DNA of 60,473 nt, counting the filler. It is 3 parts of 3 records of this genome, joined end to end, with 100 filler letters (N's around TTAATTAATTAA, not from the genome) between each part and the next. Parts side by side here need not be neighbours in the genome. Positions count along the whole stretch, not along the records: positions 47,748 to 60,473 come from DRR723986_1743; 2 more parts are not named here. One strand, 5' to 3'. Below are positions 52,019 through 60,473 of the stretch, one piece after another (position 1 is the first letter of the stretch; every line of letters begins with the position of its first letter). Made by a program: the position numbers and the translations under genes. Below the pieces are notes generated by a model. It was not told the DNA's origin and ran no database searches. It saw only the letters and a program-made list of their open reading frames with translations.

Positions 52019-52894
52019 ATGCTGGGGCTATTCATCGCGCAGGTTCTGAACGGGTTGCTGGACGGCACCTACTACCTGCTCATCGCGCTGGGACTGTCGC
52101 TGATCTTCTCGCTGGGCGGGATCATCAACCTTGCGCACGGGGCCTTCTTCGCCATCGGCGCCTATCTGGCGATCGTCATCACGCCCTACGTGGGCTTCTT
52201 CGGTGCGCTGGTGCTGGTGCCGCTGATCGTGGCGGGGCTGGGAATGCTGACCGAGCGGACGCTCTTCACCCGCTTCTACCGCATCGACCCGCTGTATTCG
52301 CTGCTGCTGACCTTCGGCCTTGCCATGGTGATCGAGCAGGGGCTGCGCTGGATCTTCGGCGCCTCGCCGCAGAATTACAACATGCCAGACATCCTGCGCG
52401 GTCAGGTCTTCATGGGCGACTTCATCTATTCCCGCTACCGCCTCTTCCTCATCGCCGTGGCGGTGACGGCGGTCGCCGCGCTTTGGGTGCTGCTGAACAA
52501 GACCTCCTTCGGGCGGATCGTGCGCGCGGGCGTGCAGAACCCCGAGATCGTGGGTTCCTTGGGCATCTCGCTGCGCCCCTACCTCTCGGCCATCGCGGGC
52601 ATCGCCATCGGCCTTGCGGGGCTGGCGGGGGTGCTGCTGTCGCCCATCCACACCGTACACCCGGCGATGGGGGCAGAGATCATCGTGCTCGCTTTCGTCG
52701 TGGTGGTGATCGGCGGGCTGGGGTCCTTCTGGGGCGTCATCCTTGCCGCCGTGCTGGTCGGCCTGACCAAGGGCCTCTTCGTGGCCGTGGGCTGGTCGAC
52801 TTGGTCCACCGCCGCCATCTTCCTTCTGATGTTCGTGGTCCTGCTGGTGCGCCCGCGCGGGCTTCTGGGCGAACGCATCCTCCGGTTCGAGTGA
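52019..52894 (+). CDS. ABC permease, LivH-like
   Basis: GLSLIF...INLAHG, FGRIVRA and VVIGGLGS motifs. Confidence 0.93.
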   Translation: MLGLFIAQVLNGLLDGTYYLLIALGLSLIFSLGGIINLAHGAFFAIGAYLAIVITPYVGFFGALVLVPLIVAGLGMLTERTLFTRFYRIDPLYSLLLTFGLAMVIEQGLRWIFGASPQNYNMPDILRGQVFMGDFIYSRYRLFLIAVAVTAVAALWVLLNKTSFGRIVRAGVQNPEIVGSLGISLRPYLSAIAGIAIGLAGLAGVLLSPIHTVHPAMGAEIIVLAFVVVVIGGLGSFWGVILAAVLVGLTKGLFVAVGWSTWSTAAIFLLMFVVLLVRPRGLLGERILRFE

Positions 52895-52898
52895 CGTC

Positions 52899-55409
52899 AT
52901 GATCCGCATCCATCCGCTTCTGATCGCCGCAGCGGCGCTTGTCGTCCTGCCCTTCGTCATCGTGGCCGCGGGCCTGACCTATACCTCGGCCACAGAGGTC
53001 GTGGTCTACGGTCTGGCCTGCATGGGCCTGAACATCCTTGCGGGCCGCACCGGGCTGGTCAGTTTCGGCCACGGCGCGTGGTTCGGGCTGGGCGCCTACC
53101 TCGCGGGGCTGACCTCGCTGGCCATGGGCGGCGCCTTCTTCGTGCCGCTTCTGGTCGCCGTGATCGCCACCGCCGTGATCGCCACCGGCTTCGGCGCGCT
53201 GATCCTGCGCCGCCGCGGCGTCTATTTCTCGCTGATGACGCTGGCGCTCTCGGCGCTGGGTTTCTCCATCGCCTTCCGCTGGACAGACGTCACCGGCGGC
53301 GAGAACGGCCTTGGCGGTATCGAACGGCCCGCCTTCGCGGGCGTCGATTTCGGCATGTCGCAGCCCTACTACTGGCTGGTGGCGCTGATCGCCTTCGCCG
53401 TCATGGTCCTGCTCTGGCGGTTCAACAACTCGCCGCTGGGCACCGTCCTTCTGGCCATCCGCGAGAACGAGCAGCGCGCGCGGTTCCTTGGCTACAAGGT
53501 CGATCGCTACAAGCTGGCGGCCTTCGTGCTCTCGGCCTCGATCACCGCGCTGGCGGGCGTTCTGCTGCTCTACAAGAACCGCATGACCTCGGCGGAACCG
53601 ATGTCGGTGATCTTCTCGGGCGAGCTGCTCGCCATGGTCGTCATCGGCGGGATGCGCAGCTACCTCGGCCCGGCCTTGGGCGCGCTCTTCTACATCCTCT
53701 TCCGCGAGTACCTGTCGATCTACACCGACAACTGGCTCTTGTGGTTCGGCCTCGTCTTCATGGGCTTCGTGCTGTTTGCGCGAGAGGGGCTGATCGGCAT
53801 CCCCGGCCAGATCCGCCGCTACCTGAACCCACCGGCAGAGACCGGCGCCGCCATGGCAGGCCGCAAGGCCGGGGTGCATCCCCTGCCCGACTTCCTCAAA
53901 CCCGCCGATCACACTGACGGCCCCTTGCTGGAAGCCAAGGGCATCTCCAAGGCCTTCGGTGGGCTGAAGGCGGTGAACGCGGTGGACATCTCCGTCCGCG
54001 ACCGCTCGCTGCACGCCCTCATCGGGCCGAACGGCGCGGGCAAGACGACCGCCTTCAACCTGCTGTCGGGCCTCTACAAACCCGACGCGGGCAGCGTGAC
54101 GCTGCGGGGCCAGCCGCTGTCGGGCCGCACACCCGAAGAGATCTCGGCGGCGGGCATCGGGCGCAGCTTCCAGATCACCAATCTGTTCCCCTCGCTGACC
54201 GTGCAGGAGAACATCCGCCTTGCGGTGCAGGCGGGCGACGCGCAGCGCATGAACCCGCTGATCCGCGCCCGCACTTTGGATCAGGTCAACGCCCGCACCG
54301 CGCAGATCATGGAATACGCAGGGCTCTCGGGCATGGAGAACGCCGAGGCGGCCTCGCTCTCCTACGGGGGGCAGCGGCTTCTGGACCTCGGCCTCGCGCT
54401 GGGGAACCACCCGCGCATCCTGCTGGCGGACGAGCCGCTTGCGGGCCTGTCGGTGGCAGAGCGCGAGCGCATCGGCCACCTGCTCAAGGCGCTCTCGGCG
54501 GATATTCCGGTGCTGCTGGTGGAACATGACATCGACCGCGTGTTCGAACTGGCCGACCACGTCACCGTGATGAACGAGGGCGAGGTTCTGCTGGACGGCA
54601 CCGTCGCCGACGCGCGCGGCGACAAGCGCGTGCAGGAGGTCTACATCGGCTCCGGCACCTCGGCCGTGGCGGGCAAGGACCGCACCAGCGTCGTGCAGGA
54701 CAAGGTTCTCCTTTCGCTTGACAAGGTCAACGTCAGCTATGGCAAGAGCCACATCATCCACGACGTCAGCTTCGACCTGCGGCAGGGCGAGATCCTCGCG
54801 CTTCTGGGCCGCAACGGCGCGGGCAAATCGACGTTGCTCAAGGCGCTGATCGGCATCGCCCCGGTCAGCAGCGGCGAGATCCGGCTGGACGGCACCCCGA
54901 TCCACGGGCTGGCCTCGGCGGCCATGGCGCGCGCGGGCATCTCTTACGTGCCGCAGGGCAGGGGGCTGTTCGCGGGAATGTCAGTGCGCGACAACCTCGA
55001 ACTGGGCCGCATCCAGCGCCAGACCGGCGCGGGCATCCACTGGGACGAAGAGCGCATCCTGTCCTACTTCCCGCGCCTGAAGGAGCGCATCGACACGCCC
55101 GCCGACTACCTCTCGGGCGGCGAGCAGCAGATGGCCGCCGTGGCCCGCGCGCTCTCGGGCGACACCCGGGTGCTGCTGCTGGACGAACCCTTCGAGGGAC
55201 TCTCCCCCGCCATCGTCGAGCAGCTCTTCGAGACCTTCGACCGCTTGCGCGAAGAGGTGTCCATCATCATCGTGGACCACAACCTCGACCTCGCGCTGAC
55301 GCTGTCGGACCGCACCGTCGCGCTGGAGCGCGGCAGCATCATCCATGACGGGCCCTCCGCCGCGCTGGCCCATGACATCGACCTGCGCCGTCAGGTCCTG
55401 TGGCTGTAA
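52899..55409 (+). CDS. Fused ABC permease plus two ATPases (LivM-LivG-LivF)
   Basis: SFGHG and TGGENGL permease; GPNGAGKTT/LSYGGQR/LADEP; GRNGAGKST/LSGGEQQ/LLDEP. Confidence 0.92.
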   Translation: MIRIHPLLIAAAALVVLPFVIVAAGLTYTSATEVVVYGLACMGLNILAGRTGLVSFGHGAWFGLGAYLAGLTSLAMGGAFFVPLLVAVIATAVIATGFGALILRRRGVYFSLMTLALSALGFSIAFRWTDVTGGENGLGGIERPAFAGVDFGMSQPYYWLVALIAFAVMVLLWRFNNSPLGTVLLAIRENEQRARFLGYKVDRYKLAAFVLSASITALAGVLLLYKNRMTSAEPMSVIFSGELLAMVVIGGMRSYLGPALGALFYILFREYLSIYTDNWLLWFGLVFMGFVLFAREGLIGIPGQIRRYLNPPAETGAAMAGRKAGVHPLPDFLKPADHTDGPLLEAKGISKAFGGLKAVNAVDISVRDRSLHALIGPNGAGKTTAFNLLSGLYKPDAGSVTLRGQPLSGRTPEEISAAGIGRSFQITNLFPSLTVQENIRLAVQAGDAQRMNPLIRARTLDQVNARTAQIMEYAGLSGMENAEAASLSYGGQRLLDLGLALGNHPRILLADEPLAGLSVAERERIGHLLKALSADIPVLLVEHDIDRVFELADHVTVMNEGEVLLDGTVADARGDKRVQEVYIGSGTSAVAGKDRTSVVQDKVLLSLDKVNVSYGKSHIIHDVSFDLRQGEILALLGRNGAGKSTLLKALIGIAPVSSGEIRLDGTPIHGLASAAMARAGISYVPQGRGLFAGMSVRDNLELGRIQRQTGAGIHWDEERILSYFPRLKERIDTPADYLSGGEQQMAAVARALSGDTRVLLLDEPFEGLSPAIVEQLFETFDRLREEVSIIIVDHNLDLALTLSDRTVALERGSIIHDGPSAALAHDIDLRRQVLWL

Positions 55410-55424
55410 CGAAAGGGCCATGAC

Positions 55425-56357
55425 ATGACCGAGACAGTCGCCATCATCGGCGCGGGCCTGATCGGCCGCGCATGGAGCGCGCTCTTCGCCCGCGCCGGAC
55501 ACAGCGTGCAGGTCTGGGACGCCGACGCCGCCGTTCTGGACCGCTTCGCCGCCGACATGGGCGTGCTCTGCGACACCCTGCTGGCCGAGGGCCTTCTGCA
55601 GGACCGCGACGGGACGCTGGCCCGCATCCGCACCTGCCCCACGCTGGAAGAGGCGGTCGCGGGCGTCAGTTTCGTGCAGGAGAACGGCCCCGAGAAGATC
55701 GAGGTCAAGACCGACCTCTTCGCGCGGCTGGACGCGGCCACCCCGCCCGGGGCGATCATCGCCTCCTCGACCTCCGCCATCGTCGCCTCGCGCTTCACCG
55801 AGGGGCTGGAACATCGCCATCGCTGCCTTGTGGGCCACCCGGTGAACCCGCCGCACCTTGTGCCGGTGGTCGAGCTTTGCCCCGCGCCATGGACCTCGAC
55901 AGAGACCATGGACCGCGCCGAGGCGCTCTACCGCGACATCGGGCAGGTGCCGGTGCGCATGACCCGCGAGCGCGACGGCTTTGTCCTGAACCGCCTGCAA
56001 GGCGCTCTGCTGGGCGAGGCACTGCGCCTTCTGGGTGAGGGCGTCGTCAGCGTCGAGGGGCTGGACGCCACGATCAAGGACGGGCTGGGCCTGCGGTGGG
56101 CGCTGATGGGGCCGATCGAGACCATCGACCTGAACGCCCCCGGCGGCATCACCGATTACGCCACCCGCTACGGCGGCTTCTACGCGCGTCTGGCGCAGGA
56201 ACCGGCGGGGCCAGAGGTGTTCTCGGTCGAGAACGCCGAAAAGATCGCCGCCACATGGCCGCAGGACCGCAGCCCCGAGTCCATCCGTGCAAGACAGGAT
56301 CGCCGTGACGCGCGGCTTGCCGCCCTGCGCCGGCATCTTGCATCCGAACAATCCTGA
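55425..56357 (+). CDS. 3-hydroxyacyl-CoA dehydrogenase-family enzyme, lambda-crystallin/L-gulonate or carnitine 3-dehydrogenase-like
   Basis: GAGLIG, VQENGPE, SSTS, HPVNPP, GFVLNRLQ and GLGLRWALMGP motifs. Confidence 0.88.
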   Translation: MTETVAIIGAGLIGRAWSALFARAGHSVQVWDADAAVLDRFAADMGVLCDTLLAEGLLQDRDGTLARIRTCPTLEEAVAGVSFVQENGPEKIEVKTDLFARLDAATPPGAIIASSTSAIVASRFTEGLEHRHRCLVGHPVNPPHLVPVVELCPAPWTSTETMDRAEALYRDIGQVPVRMTRERDGFVLNRLQGALLGEALRLLGEGVVSVEGLDATIKDGLGLRWALMGPIETIDLNAPGGITDYATRYGGFYARLAQEPAGPEVFSVENAEKIAATWPQDRSPESIRARQDRRDARLAALRRHLASEQS

Positions 56358-56371
56358 AGGAGCCTCAGACC

Positions 56372-57301
56372 ATGGCGAAACCCCGCAAGGTCATCATCAC
56401 CTGCGCCGTGACCGGCGCGATCCACACGCCGTCGATGTCGGAATACCTGCCCGTGACCGCCTCGGAGATCGCCGATGCCGCCATCGGCGCGGCAGAGGCG
56501 GGCGCGGCCATCGTGCACCTGCACGCCCGCGACCCGGAGGACGGCCGCCCCGACCAGTCGCCCGAGGCCTTTGCGCCCTTTCTCGGCGTGATCAAGCAGG
56601 CCTCGGACTGCGTCGTGAACATCACCACCGGCGGCGCGCCCACCATGACCATCGAGGAACGCGTCCGCCCGGCAGAGACGCACCGGCCAGAGGTCGCCTC
56701 GCTCAACATGGGGTCGATGAACTTCGGCCTCTTCCCGATGCTGAAGCGCTTTCCCAACCCCAAGCACCAGTGGGAACGCGACTACCTCGGCAACAAGAAC
56801 ATCATCTTCAACAACAGCTTCGGGCAGATCGAATACATCCTGACCACGCTGGGGCCGCTCGGCACCCGGTTCGAGTTCGAATGCTATGACACGGCGCATC
56901 TCTATAACCTGAAGCACTTCCTCGACGCGGGGCTGGTGAAGGCGCCGCTGTTCATCCAGACGGTGTTCGGCCTGATGGGCGGCATCGGCGCGCATCCCGA
57001 CGACGTCATGCACATGAAGCGCACGGCGGACCGGCTGTTCGGCGACCAATACCAGTGGTCGGTTCTGGGCGCGGGCAAGAACCAGCTTCCCATCGCGGCG
57101 ATGGCGGCGGCCATGGGTGGCAACATCCGCGTCGGGCTGGAGGATTCGCTCTGGGCCGGGCCGGGGCAACTGGCGCGCAGCAACGCCGAGCAGGTGAAGA
57201 AGGCCCGCCAGATCATAGAGGGTTTGGGGCTGGACGTGGCAACCCCGGACGAGGCCCGCGAGATCCTGCACCTGAAAGGCGCGGATCAGGTCGGCTTCTG
57301 A
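56372..57301 (+). CDS. Beta-keto acid cleavage enzyme (BKACE/DUF849, Kce family)
   Basis: ITCAVTG, HLHARD metal site, EVASLNMGSMN, EFECYD and RVGLED motifs. Confidence 0.94.
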   Translation: MAKPRKVIITCAVTGAIHTPSMSEYLPVTASEIADAAIGAAEAGAAIVHLHARDPEDGRPDQSPEAFAPFLGVIKQASDCVVNITTGGAPTMTIEERVRPAETHRPEVASLNMGSMNFGLFPMLKRFPNPKHQWERDYLGNKNIIFNNSFGQIEYILTTLGPLGTRFEFECYDTAHLYNLKHFLDAGLVKAPLFIQTVFGLMGGIGAHPDDVMHMKRTADRLFGDQYQWSVLGAGKNQLPIAAMAAAMGGNIRVGLEDSLWAGPGQLARSNAEQVKKARQIIEGLGLDVATPDEAREILHLKGADQVGF

Positions 57302-57554
57302 TCCTGGATCGAAGGAAAGTGGGGCCCGGCCGGTCCCTGACGACCGGCCGGACGGTGAACCGCCGTCGCGGGTGACGGCGCAGCCGGCGCGTCACGCCGG
57401 TAATGCGAATTATGCTAATTACGCTTTGCCGGTTGCCGGTGTCTCGGTCCCGGAAGCCCTTCGAGGCAAGCCGCGTCCGCCATCCGGACACGGCTTGCCC
57501 ACCGAAGGGTCCCCCGCACGGGGGTCGAGACGGATCGGGCGCCCCTCGGCCCTT

Positions 57555-58838
57555 TTACGGGTCGAGAAGGCTCGGCAGGGTCAGCGATACGGCTGGCACG
57601 AAGGTGATCAGCATCAGCGCGACGAGGATGGCCAGATAGAACGGCCAGATCGTGCGCAGGGCCTTTTCCATGGGCAGCCGTCCCACCGCGCAGCCGACGA
57701 AGAGGCAGGCGCCCACGGGCGGGGTGCACAGACCGAGGCCAAGGTTCACCAGCAGGATCATCCCGAACTGGTAGGGATCGACACCCAGCGTCTTGGCGAC
57801 GGGCAGGAAGATCGGCGTGCAGATCAGGATCAGCGCGGCCATGTCCATGATCATGCCAAGGACGAGAAGCGCGAGGTTTATGAGCAGCAGGATCAGGATC
57901 GGATTGTCGGTCAGGGCGGTCAGAAGGGCTACGGTCTTGTCCGGCACCTGATAGAAGGTCAGCATGTAGGCGAAGGCCCCGGCGCAGGCGATCAGGATCA
58001 TGACCATCGACGTCGTGCGCACGGATTGGATGACCGCGGTCTTGAAACTGGCCCAAGTGATGCTGCGATAGACCAGAACGGTGACGAGGAAGGCATAGAT
58101 CGCGCCGAAGGCGCCGGATTCCGTCACGGTGAAGACGCCCGACAGAACGCCGCCGACGATGATGACAGCCGTCAGCAAGCCGGGGATGGCGCCGAGAAAC
58201 GCCATCATCAGGGCGGCCCAGCCGGGGAATTTCTCGGCCCGGTATCCGCGCTTGACCGCGACGATATAGGCGGCGATGGCGAGGCAGACGCACATCAGGA
58301 TGCCGGGCACCACACCTGCAAGGAACAGCTTCGAGATCGAGATTCCGCCCCCCGCCGCGATGGCGAAGATGATCATGTTGTGGCTCGGCGGAATGATGAT
58401 CCCGGCAATCGAAGAGGTCACGGTCACGTTGACGGCGTAATCGGCGTCGTACCCCTTTTCCTTCATGACCGGCACGAGGATCGACCCCAGTGCAGAGATG
58501 TCGGCCACGGCGCTGCCGGAAATGCCTCCGAACAGCATGGAGGAGAAGACGTTGACGATCCCCAGCCCGCCGCGCACCGCGCCGACGGCGGCAGAGGCGA
58601 AGCGCACCAGCCGCATGGCGATACCGCCGTGGAACATCAACTCTCCGGCGAAGATGAAGAACGGAATCGCCATGAGCGAGAAGACGTTGATGCCCGAGAT
58701 GATCCGCTGGAACCCGATCATCAGCGGCAGGCCTTCGAAGGCAAAGGCCGCCAAGGCCGAGATTCCCAGGGCGAAGGCGACGGGAACGCCGAAGACCACG
58801 CAGAACGCGAATAGCCCGAGAAGTACGAACAAACCCAT
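57555..58838 (-). CDS. dctM: TRAP transporter large permease
   Basis: AIPFFIFAG, FGGISGSAVAD, IIPPSH, TVTESGA and TPPVG motifs. Confidence 0.95.
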   Translation of the reverse strand: MGLFVLLGLFAFCVVFGVPVAFALGISALAAFAFEGLPLMIGFQRIISGINVFSLMAIPFFIFAGELMFHGGIAMRLVRFASAAVGAVRGGLGIVNVFSSMLFGGISGSAVADISALGSILVPVMKEKGYDADYAVNVTVTSSIAGIIIPPSHNMIIFAIAAGGGISISKLFLAGVVPGILMCVCLAIAAYIVAVKRGYRAEKFPGWAALMMAFLGAIPGLLTAVIIVGGVLSGVFTVTESGAFGAIYAFLVTVLVYRSITWASFKTAVIQSVRTTSMVMILIACAGAFAYMLTFYQVPDKTVALLTALTDNPILILLLINLALLVLGMIMDMAALILICTPIFLPVAKTLGVDPYQFGMILLVNLGLGLCTPPVGACLFVGCAVGRLPMEKALRTIWPFYLAILVALMLITFVPAVSLTLPSLLDP

Positions 58839-58847
58839 GATGTCGCC

Positions 58848-59384
58848 TTATTGAATGATGACGCTGCGCAGGTCGCGGCCAAGGGCCAGACGAACCAGAT
58901 GCGCCAGTGCAAAGAGGGCGATCAGCCCGCCGCCGATGGTCAGCGGCAGAGAGCGCAGGCCTTCGGGTACGTTGATCAGGGGAATGTCCGAGCTCCACTT
59001 GAACGCGGTCAGTTTCGCTCCGTAGATCAGCATCAGCAGGCCGAAACCGGCCATCAGCACGTCCGTGACGACCACGAAGACGGTGCGCACCCAAAGCGGG
59101 ACGAAGCCGCGAAAGGCCGCGACCGACAGGTGCGTGTGCTCATGCACGCCCACCGCCGCGCCAAGGAAGGCGATGACCATCACCAGCAGCAGGGCCACCT
59201 GTTCGACCCATGTGGGCGTGGCGTTCAACACGTAGCGGCCAAAGACCAGCCAGCCGAAGATCACCGTCAGCACCACCAGCGAAACGCCGGTGATGATGCG
59301 GCAGATCGTGGCGATCGTGTCCAATGCCCGGTCAACGGGCGTCATCAAGTTGGCCACCGGATGGTGGCTGTTCGTGCCTGTCAT
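58848..59384 (-). CDS. dctQ: TRAP transporter small permease
   Basis: VFGRYVLN..PTWVEQ and HL motifs, four TM helices; GGGAGGA RBS. Confidence 0.93.
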   Translation of the reverse strand: MTGTNSHHPVANLMTPVDRALDTIATICRIITGVSLVVLTVIFGWLVFGRYVLNATPTWVEQVALLLVMVIAFLGAAVGVHEHTHLSVAAFRGFVPLWVRTVFVVVTDVLMAGFGLLMLIYGAKLTAFKWSSDIPLINVPEGLRSLPLTIGGGLIALFALAHLVRLALGRDLRSVIIQ

Positions 59385-59447
59385 GCCCTGTCCTCCCATG
59401 ACGCGAAGGGCCCCGCAGGGTGCGGGGCCGCAACGCTTGTCCGGCCC

Positions 59448-60431
59448 TTATTCGGTGGCCTGGATCAGTTCGACCAGCGGACGCAGGTCGGGGTTGGCCG
59501 AGAGATAGGACTCGTAGACCGGGACCATGGCCTCCTGGAAGGGGGTCTTGTCGGCGATCACGTTGGTCACGACGCCGGCCTTTTCGACCATCTCGCGGCT
59601 CGACGCCTCGCGCTCTGCCCAGAGCTGCTGCTGCAGTTCGGCCGATTCCATCGCCGCCTCTTTCACGGCGGTCTTCATGTCGTCGGAGAGGGCGTTGTAG
59701 GTGTCCGCGTTGATGCAGACGCACTCGGGGATGATCAGGTGCTCGCTGAGCGAATAGTATCCCGCCACCTCGAAGTGGCCCGTGGATTCGTAGGACGGCC
59801 AGTTGTTCTCTGCCCCGTCCACGACGCCGGTCTTCAGCGACTGGTAGACCTCTGCGAAGGCCATCGGCGAGGGGTTGCCGCCGAGTTCCGAGATCATGCC
59901 GGAATACAGGTCGTTGTTCATGACCCGCACCTTCATGCCGGCCACGTCCTCGGGCGTGTTGATCGGTTTGGAGCCGTTGTAGAAGGACCGCGCGCCGGAA
60001 TCGTACCACGCCAGCGGAACGAGGCCCTTGGCCTCCATGCCCGCGGCGATCTGCTCACCGGCTTCGCCGTTCATCACGCGGAACATGTGCGGCACGTCCT
60101 TGAAGATGAACGGCAGCGAGACGACGTTCGCCTCTGGCGCGATGGGGCCGATGGGGCCGAGGTTGAAGTTGCCGATCGCAAGGCCGCCAAGGCGGACCTG
60201 TTCGATGGCGTCGGGCTGGCTGCCCAGCGTGCCGCCGTGGAACATCTGCAGGGTGATTTCTCCGCCGGTCTTCTCTTCGACGAGCTCGGCGAACTTGTCC
60301 ATGGCGACCGTGTTCGGATAGCCTTCGACGTGAATGTTCCAGCCCCGCCAGTTTTCGGCCTGAGCGGCGCTGCCCAGAAGGGTCGCGGCGGCAACGGTGC
60401 CCACAAAGGCTGCGGCAAGTTTCTGATACAT
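59448..60431 (-). CDS. dctP: TRAP transporter substrate-binding protein, probably for a carboxylate or sugar acid
   Basis: Signal peptide; GMKVRV carboxylate-binding Arg; EVYQSLKTGVVDGAENN. Confidence 0.94.
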   Translation of the reverse strand: MYQKLAAAFVGTVAAATLLGSAAQAENWRGWNIHVEGYPNTVAMDKFAELVEEKTGGEITLQMFHGGTLGSQPDAIEQVRLGGLAIGNFNLGPIGPIAPEANVVSLPFIFKDVPHMFRVMNGEAGEQIAAGMEAKGLVPLAWYDSGARSFYNGSKPINTPEDVAGMKVRVMNNDLYSGMISELGGNPSPMAFAEVYQSLKTGVVDGAENNWPSYESTGHFEVAGYYSLSEHLIIPECVCINADTYNALSDDMKTAVKEAAMESAELQQQLWAEREASSREMVEKAGVVTNVIADKTPFQEAMVPVYESYLSANPDLRPLVELIQATE

Positions 60432-60473
60432 AGGATCCTCCCGGAAAAGTCTGACCCGCGCAGTCGCGGCGGG

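Noticed and set aside
50641..59094. Very long alternative ORFs (475, 722, 456, 480 and 559 aa)
   Set aside because: They overlap well-supported genes in high-GC DNA where stop codons are rare in off-frames, and show no family motifs.

Overview
The window is not one chromosome. It is three contigs joined by 100-nt artificial linkers (44 N + TTAATTAATTAA + 44 N at 20743-20842 and 47648-47747), and gene content and base composition suggest three different organisms. Contig 1 (1-20742, Hyphomicrobiales, Roseibium/Labrenzia-like) carries a partial tRNA-Pro(GGG), an uppABCDEF-type unipolar-polysaccharide adhesin locus plus a deacetylase, ctaA and metY. It also has three tiny membrane-protein ORFs (two missing from the ORF track), an AraC-GyrI regulator, a crotonase, DUF1194, a corrinoid reductive activator (RACo) and a pterin-binding methyltransferase. 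Contig 2 (20843-47647, Burkholderiales, Limnobacter-like) carries tgt, a six-PAS cytoplasmic chemoreceptor coupled to a triple-CheW protein, an ActP-like symporter, lemA-TPM-TPM, rho, trxA, addBA, ffs, dnaX-ybaB-recR, a CoA transferase, tal, an Hpt protein and dsbB. Contig 3 (47748-60473, high-GC Rhodobacteraceae-like) carries a GntR-controlled catabolic island (SDR, an ABC importer with a permease-ATPase-ATPase fusion, a lambda-crystallin-like 3-hydroxyacid dehydrogenase and a BKACE/DUF849 enzyme) next to a TRAP transporter. The best leads are the orphan beta-keto-acid-cleavage pathway with a visible operator, the micro-membrane-protein array with CtrA-like boxes, shared Arg/Gly tails on the corrinoid proteins, a probable internal start in the AraC-GyrI gene, and the PAS6-MCP/CheW3 module. 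All family and taxon calls come from motif recognition only; no database search was run.
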